64,000 bases of DNA from an uncultured Bacteroidia bacterium (GTDB taxonomy: Bacteria; Bacteroidota; Bacteroidia; J057; JADKCL01): NCBI GenBank assembly GCA_964352215.1, contig CAYGRE010000005.1, positions 18,527 through 82,526 of the forward strand, given 5' to 3'. The notes below the pieces were generated by a model that was given only the letters and a program-made list of their open reading frames with translations, was not told the origin of the DNA and made no database searches. A program made the position numbers and the translations under genes. Below, piece after piece: positions 21,001 to 24,298 of this stretch. The number at the start of each line of letters is the position of its first letter. The first letter of the stretch is position 1.

Positions 21001-23676
21001 GTTGAAAGCTCCGACTGCCCAGAGATTGCCTTCGTATTCGATGGCCTGGAAGTGGTGAAGTTCGATGGGAGCGGTGGCACCAGCAGTCCAGGTATTGGCA
21101 ACCGGATCGTAGATGTCTACCCGCCTGTTACCACGTCCACCGACGAGGTAGAACTTGTCGCCGATCTGTACCCAGCTGTTTTCATGGCGGTTTTGCGCCG
21201 CACCACTGGTGGGTACGATGTCCACCCAGTTTCCGGTAGCGGTGATGGCCTCCCGGTCAATGGTAATGAAGTCGTAAGTCTTGGGGAAGGTAGCACCACC
21301 GGCACCTCTTGAGGTAGAGATAAGGCCAACCGAGAGGACATTGCTGGTCCAGGCAGCGGGAATGGTAATGGGTCCGCCGAGATTGTTGACGGTACTTCCA
21401 TCAATCGAGTATTTTGGCTGGACCGTATTGTTGGTCGGATCGATGGTCAGGAATATATCAATGAAGGTTGAGGTCAGCAGACCTGCGTCGGGATACATGG
21501 TCTGTACCGGAGCTCCCACTCCACCGAAACCGCCTCCATTTTCTTCATAAACTACTTCAAGGCCACCAGCGCCTCCATTCGATGCGAGGGTTACTTTGAG
21601 GTAATTGTCCTGGTCACCGGTACCGATGTGGAATCCGTAGGACTGAAAATCAATCGGAGTTTGGTTGGCGAAGTGTCCCTGGATGCGGCCATTGATGGTA
21701 TAGGGTCCAACTTCACTGCCGACGTTGACACCAAACTGGAAGGCGTACTCCTGATTGTTAAGGGCACCAAGTGCGTCGCCGGGAGGTACGGAGTCCACCG
21801 TGAACTTGAGGGCTGCGCCCCCTACCGTCATATTGAAGGGATCATAGAGATCCATATAATCGGTGGTGTAGTCGGTCATCAGTCCGGTGAAGCCCCAGCC
21901 GTTGATACCGGGATCGATGGAGTTGTCGAACTGGTAGCTGACCGGAAGGCCGGTGGTGGTACCGTTGGCAGCATCGCGGGCAAAGAAGTCAACATTGTCG
22001 AGGATGCCATCGTTGTCATCGTCGTTGTCGGTGATGTCAGAGATGAAATCCTGGTCAAAGTCTTCAGGTTGTGATGCGGGGCTACACTGGTCGGTTCCAT
22101 TGGCCAATTCATCACCGTTGGAATAGCCGTCGCCGTCGAAATCGAGGGTGAAGCTGGTATCGTTACCGACACAGTTCACGAAATCCTGGGGTTCGAAGAT
22201 GGTGATGTTGTCGGCACCATAGGTACAGGCCCAGACGGTTCCGGGAAAGGGACCGGCATCGGGCTGCGCAATGACATCGAGTGGGGTAGCACCAAATCCG
22301 GAGAAGATATTGGACTGGGAAAGGACCTGGTCACCCGCTGCGTTCAGCTCAAAGCGAACGATGTTTCCGTTGAAGGCTGCGGCCAAAAGATTGCCTTGGA
22401 GTTGTCCGCCAAAATTGGTGGCGGTGTATTCACAGAGGCCGTTGGTAGAGGAACAAACCTGGGCCAGGGCACCGTCCTGGGTGACCGGATCACGGTAGTC
22501 ACAAAACGGGTCTTCCATTCCGACAGGAATGGGAGATTGAGGATTGGTGGTATTGAATGTGTTGTTTCGGTTGGCGCGGGTTGGGTTGGGGTGTCCCCCG
22601 TAATAGCCCTGGCCGGAGACATAGTGCAGGTTGTCACATTTGGAATTTGAATTGGCCTCGTTGGCATCGTTGGAGCAACTGTTGATCGGGGTTCCTCCCC
22701 AGCCTGTATTGGGACCATTGTCAAAGGTGTAGAGGCGGTTGCTGGTAGTGAGGAGCACATCATAATGGTTACGCCATCCCGATGAATAGATCTGCACCGG
22801 GCCACCCAAGACCAGCATCGCCTGGTTCTTTCCATTGTTTCCTCCCCAGGGATCAGTGGGGTCTTCATAACCGGGAGTTGGGTTGGCGACATTGGCCTTG
22901 TCCTCATCGTCCAGGGTTGGAAGATCATATTTATAGGCTTGTCCCTGGGCGTCGATTTGGGTAGGCAGCGCATCAATAGCGGTAAGATCAACTGACAAAA
23001 TCGCAGTCGAATAAGCCAGTTCAGGGAGGTAAGCAAAGTTATTGGAAGGAGCGCCTTTGTTGGTATTGCCACCTGCCGCCACAAAGAGGCGGTTGTTCAA
23101 AGCATCGTATTGCAGTCCGTTGAGGGAGTGATTCTCTTCGGAACGTGAAAGTCCCCGTACCAGATGGACCATATCCCATGAGGTACCATTCCAGGTCAGA
23201 CGGGAGATAACGCCTGAGTTTTCATCGAGGCCGGTACTGTTACCGGAGCCACCGCCCCCGATCCTTGGATCAGAGGAGGTCACATACAACACTGGATTCG
23301 CAGCTGTTCCCAGTACCAGGATTCCGGTCACCTGCCGATTTTGGTTGCTGATGATGGACCCATCTTCATTGTGATTGGGGATGGTTCTGATCTCACTGAT
23401 CGTCTCCGTAGCGGTGACTACATAGTCATTGGGGCCATTGCGGATGATATCATAAGCATAAATGAACCCGTTTTGCTGAGAGACATACAAGCGGCCATCC
23501 GGGCCAAATTGCAAAGAGGTCGGATTGTTCAGTGTCTCCCCCGCCAAGCCGCTGGAGGCAAAGCTTATGGTCTGGGAAAAACCAAAGGTGGGCGCCAAAA
23601 GGGCCAAAAACAGAAAAGCCAGGAAAGTGAATGGGAATCCTTTCCGGGTGGTAAAGTTGGAATCGTTGGTGTGCAT
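1..23676 (-). CDS. giant secreted multidomain adhesin-like protein (SprB-repeat / malectin / beta-propeller / LamG-PKD); N-terminus complete, C-terminus beyond left window edge
   Basis: ATG at 23676; in-frame stop at 23731-23733 with no alternative start between. The frame whose codon first bases fall on coordinates divisible by 3 stays open for all 7,892 codons to base 1. No tracked minus-strand ORF in 1-23676 lies in this frame. Spot translations started at 23676, 22680, 21240, 21120, 20340, 19980, 18720, 17400, 15690, 12000, 10680, 5160, 4380, 3150, 2400 and 1500 all give domain-like protein. Missing from the ORF track because there is no stop in the window. Confidence 0.93.
   Translation of the reverse strand, partial: [7892 protein letters not shown]
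130..790 (-). other. LamG-like domain 2 (paralogue of 1090-1745, ~950-bp period), followed by the start of another PKD domain at 1-110
   Basis: [27 protein letters not shown]...[42 protein letters not shown]...[26 protein letters not shown]; then [15 protein letters not shown]. Confidence 0.7.
795..1050 (-). other. PKD domain
   Basis: [65 protein letters not shown]: classic PKD signature. Confidence 0.8.
1090..1745 (-). other. LamG-like (Laminin_G_3 / ConA-like) domain 1
   Basis: [29 protein letters not shown]...[48 protein letters not shown]...[20 protein letters not shown]...[26 protein letters not shown]. Confidence 0.7.
1882..2391 (-). other. 'DDAEQ' module, copy D (nested in SprB repeat)
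   Basis: [61 protein letters not shown]...[17 protein letters not shown]...APILTITY (checked at 2400 and 1920). Confidence 0.6.
2617..3120 (-). other. 'DDAEQ' module, copy C (nested in SprB repeat)
   Basis: [60 protein letters not shown]...[17 protein letters not shown]...APVLEVTW (checked at 3150 and 2646). Confidence 0.6.
3841..4356 (-). other. 'DDAEQ' module, copy B (nested in SprB repeat)
   Basis: [59 protein letters not shown]...[17 protein letters not shown]...APVLVVEY (checked at 4380 and 3900). Confidence 0.6.
4597..5106 (-). other. unnamed ~170-aa 'DDAEQ' module, copy A (nested in SprB repeat)
   Basis: [59 protein letters not shown]...[17 protein letters not shown]...APVLSVQY (frame checked at 5160 and 4620). 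Confidence 0.6.
5200..10100 (-). repeat. uninterrupted array of ~21 SprB-type repeats (225-234-bp period)
   Basis: Consensus is C-x-G-x2-DG-x8-10-GG-x2-P(Y/F)-x-(Y/F)-x-W-x12-17-L-x-AG-x-Y-x-V-x-(V/I)-x-D-x-N(G/N)C. Example: [50 protein letters not shown]. Neighbouring units at 5535/5765/5990/6210 are near-identical. Confidence 0.85.
10123..10563 (-). other. malectin-like domain 5, nested inside a SprB repeat
   Basis: Verified translation from 10680: ...[52 protein letters not shown]...[34 protein letters not shown]...[24 protein letters not shown]...[11 protein letters not shown] then [25 protein letters not shown]. Confidence 0.75.
11515..12006 (-). other. malectin-like domain 4, nested inside a SprB repeat
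   Basis: Verified translation from 12000: [120 protein letters not shown]. Confidence 0.75.
13195..13686 (-). other. malectin-like domain 3, nested inside a SprB repeat
   Basis: About 80-85% nucleotide-identical paralogue of 11515-12006, offset 1,680 bp. Flanked by the SprB N-half ([24 protein letters not shown]) and C-half ([19 protein letters not shown]). Confidence 0.7.
14317..14778 (-). other. malectin-like domain 2
   Basis: [27 protein letters not shown]...[38 protein letters not shown]...[24 protein letters not shown]...[11 protein letters not shown]. Confidence 0.65.
15133..15690 (-). other. DUF4114-like domain (by recall)
   Basis: [19 protein letters not shown]...[19 protein letters not shown]...[42 protein letters not shown]; the tail resembles the DUF4114 signature fED...gD.DYND.VF. 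Confidence 0.4.
16020..17300 (-). other. sugar-dehydrogenase-like beta-propeller domain 2, preceded by a Big_5/SbsA-like Ig domain (17340-17640)
   Basis: [33 protein letters not shown] (Ig-like), then [27 protein letters not shown] ... [20 protein letters not shown]. Confidence 0.5.
18145..18696 (-). other. concanavalin-A-like lectin/glucanase domain (DUF1349-type, by recall)
   Basis: [79 protein letters not shown]... Confidence 0.5.
19525..19959 (-). other. malectin-like carbohydrate-binding domain 1
   Basis: [28 protein letters not shown]...[34 protein letters not shown]...RVFDV...[10 protein letters not shown] matches the malectin pattern (iNcGG...f.aD...LYqteR...Y.ipv.nG.Y.V.LHFAE...RvFdV...isaIEi). 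Confidence 0.7.
20290..21270 (-). other. Kelch-type beta-propeller (approx.)
   Basis: [89 protein letters not shown]; repeated ~50-aa blades with GG and W spacing. Confidence 0.6.
22000..22150 (-). other. Asp-rich calcium-binding-like linker (thrombospondin type-3-like)
   Basis: [20 protein letters not shown]...[23 protein letters not shown] (translated from 22680 downward). Confidence 0.4.
22200..23570 (-). other. glucose/sorbosone-dehydrogenase-like (PQQ-type) beta-propeller domain 1 (approx.)
   Basis: [91 protein letters not shown]: blade-like repeats typical of GSDH-family propellers (recall, not searched). Confidence 0.55.
23575..23676 (-). other. N-terminal signal peptide of giant protein
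   Basis: [36 protein letters not shown]: basic n-region, hydrophobic core, small residues before the probable cleavage site. Confidence 0.7.
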
Positions 23677-24298
23677 GGGTGCGTACCTGATTATGTTGAT
23701 TAATTCGATGCAGAATCTAAATAACGCTCTTTATCTAAGCGTTGAGACGATGAATACTTCTATCCCCGAAGGCACAAAAGTCCAGATGCCGCTTCACAGC
23801 GGTCAAGATCTTTCCAGCATGTATTCAATTGATCTTACGTTGATTGATTCAAAATCAATTGGTGTTTTTTCCTGGCAAAAACCTGTTGTTCACCTAATTA
23901 TTAGCTGGGCGTATTAGCGTATATATCTGTTTCAAATAAACACAAAAGGTCACAATTATCCAAGAATATTACATACCTGCGAATGCCCACTCCCTACGAC
24001 TAAATTCCCGACTCTGCCCCAAAGCGCCCCAGGAGTTCGCAGATCACCATTTCGAGCTAGCTGCCCAATCACATATTGGAAAAAAATACACAAATTGGGC
24101 AGAAATATTACACCCGCTACTGGGATAAGACGCGCCCCCCTTCTCTAAACAGTCGAGTTTTCCACACATCCTTTCAAATCCGGTGGAAAAGGAGGCTGGA
24201 AGCACAGTGAATCAATTGCTATTTTTATGTTTTAAATCGATTAAATAACTTTACAGTTGACCAACCATTTCCAGCAGGCCCATTCAATACTATGGCCT

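Noticed and set aside
619-23084. Dozens of tracked ORFs on both strands inside 1-23676 (for example 11335..12585 + 416 aa, 619..1377 + 252 aa, 22344..23084 - 246 aa).
   Set aside because: None lies in the frame of the giant ORF. Their products are low-complexity (Gly/Arg/Ser/Cys- or Pro-rich) with no domain signatures. The long plus-strand ones are in the codon-aligned antisense frame. They are shadow ORFs of a strongly codon-biased, repetitive gene.
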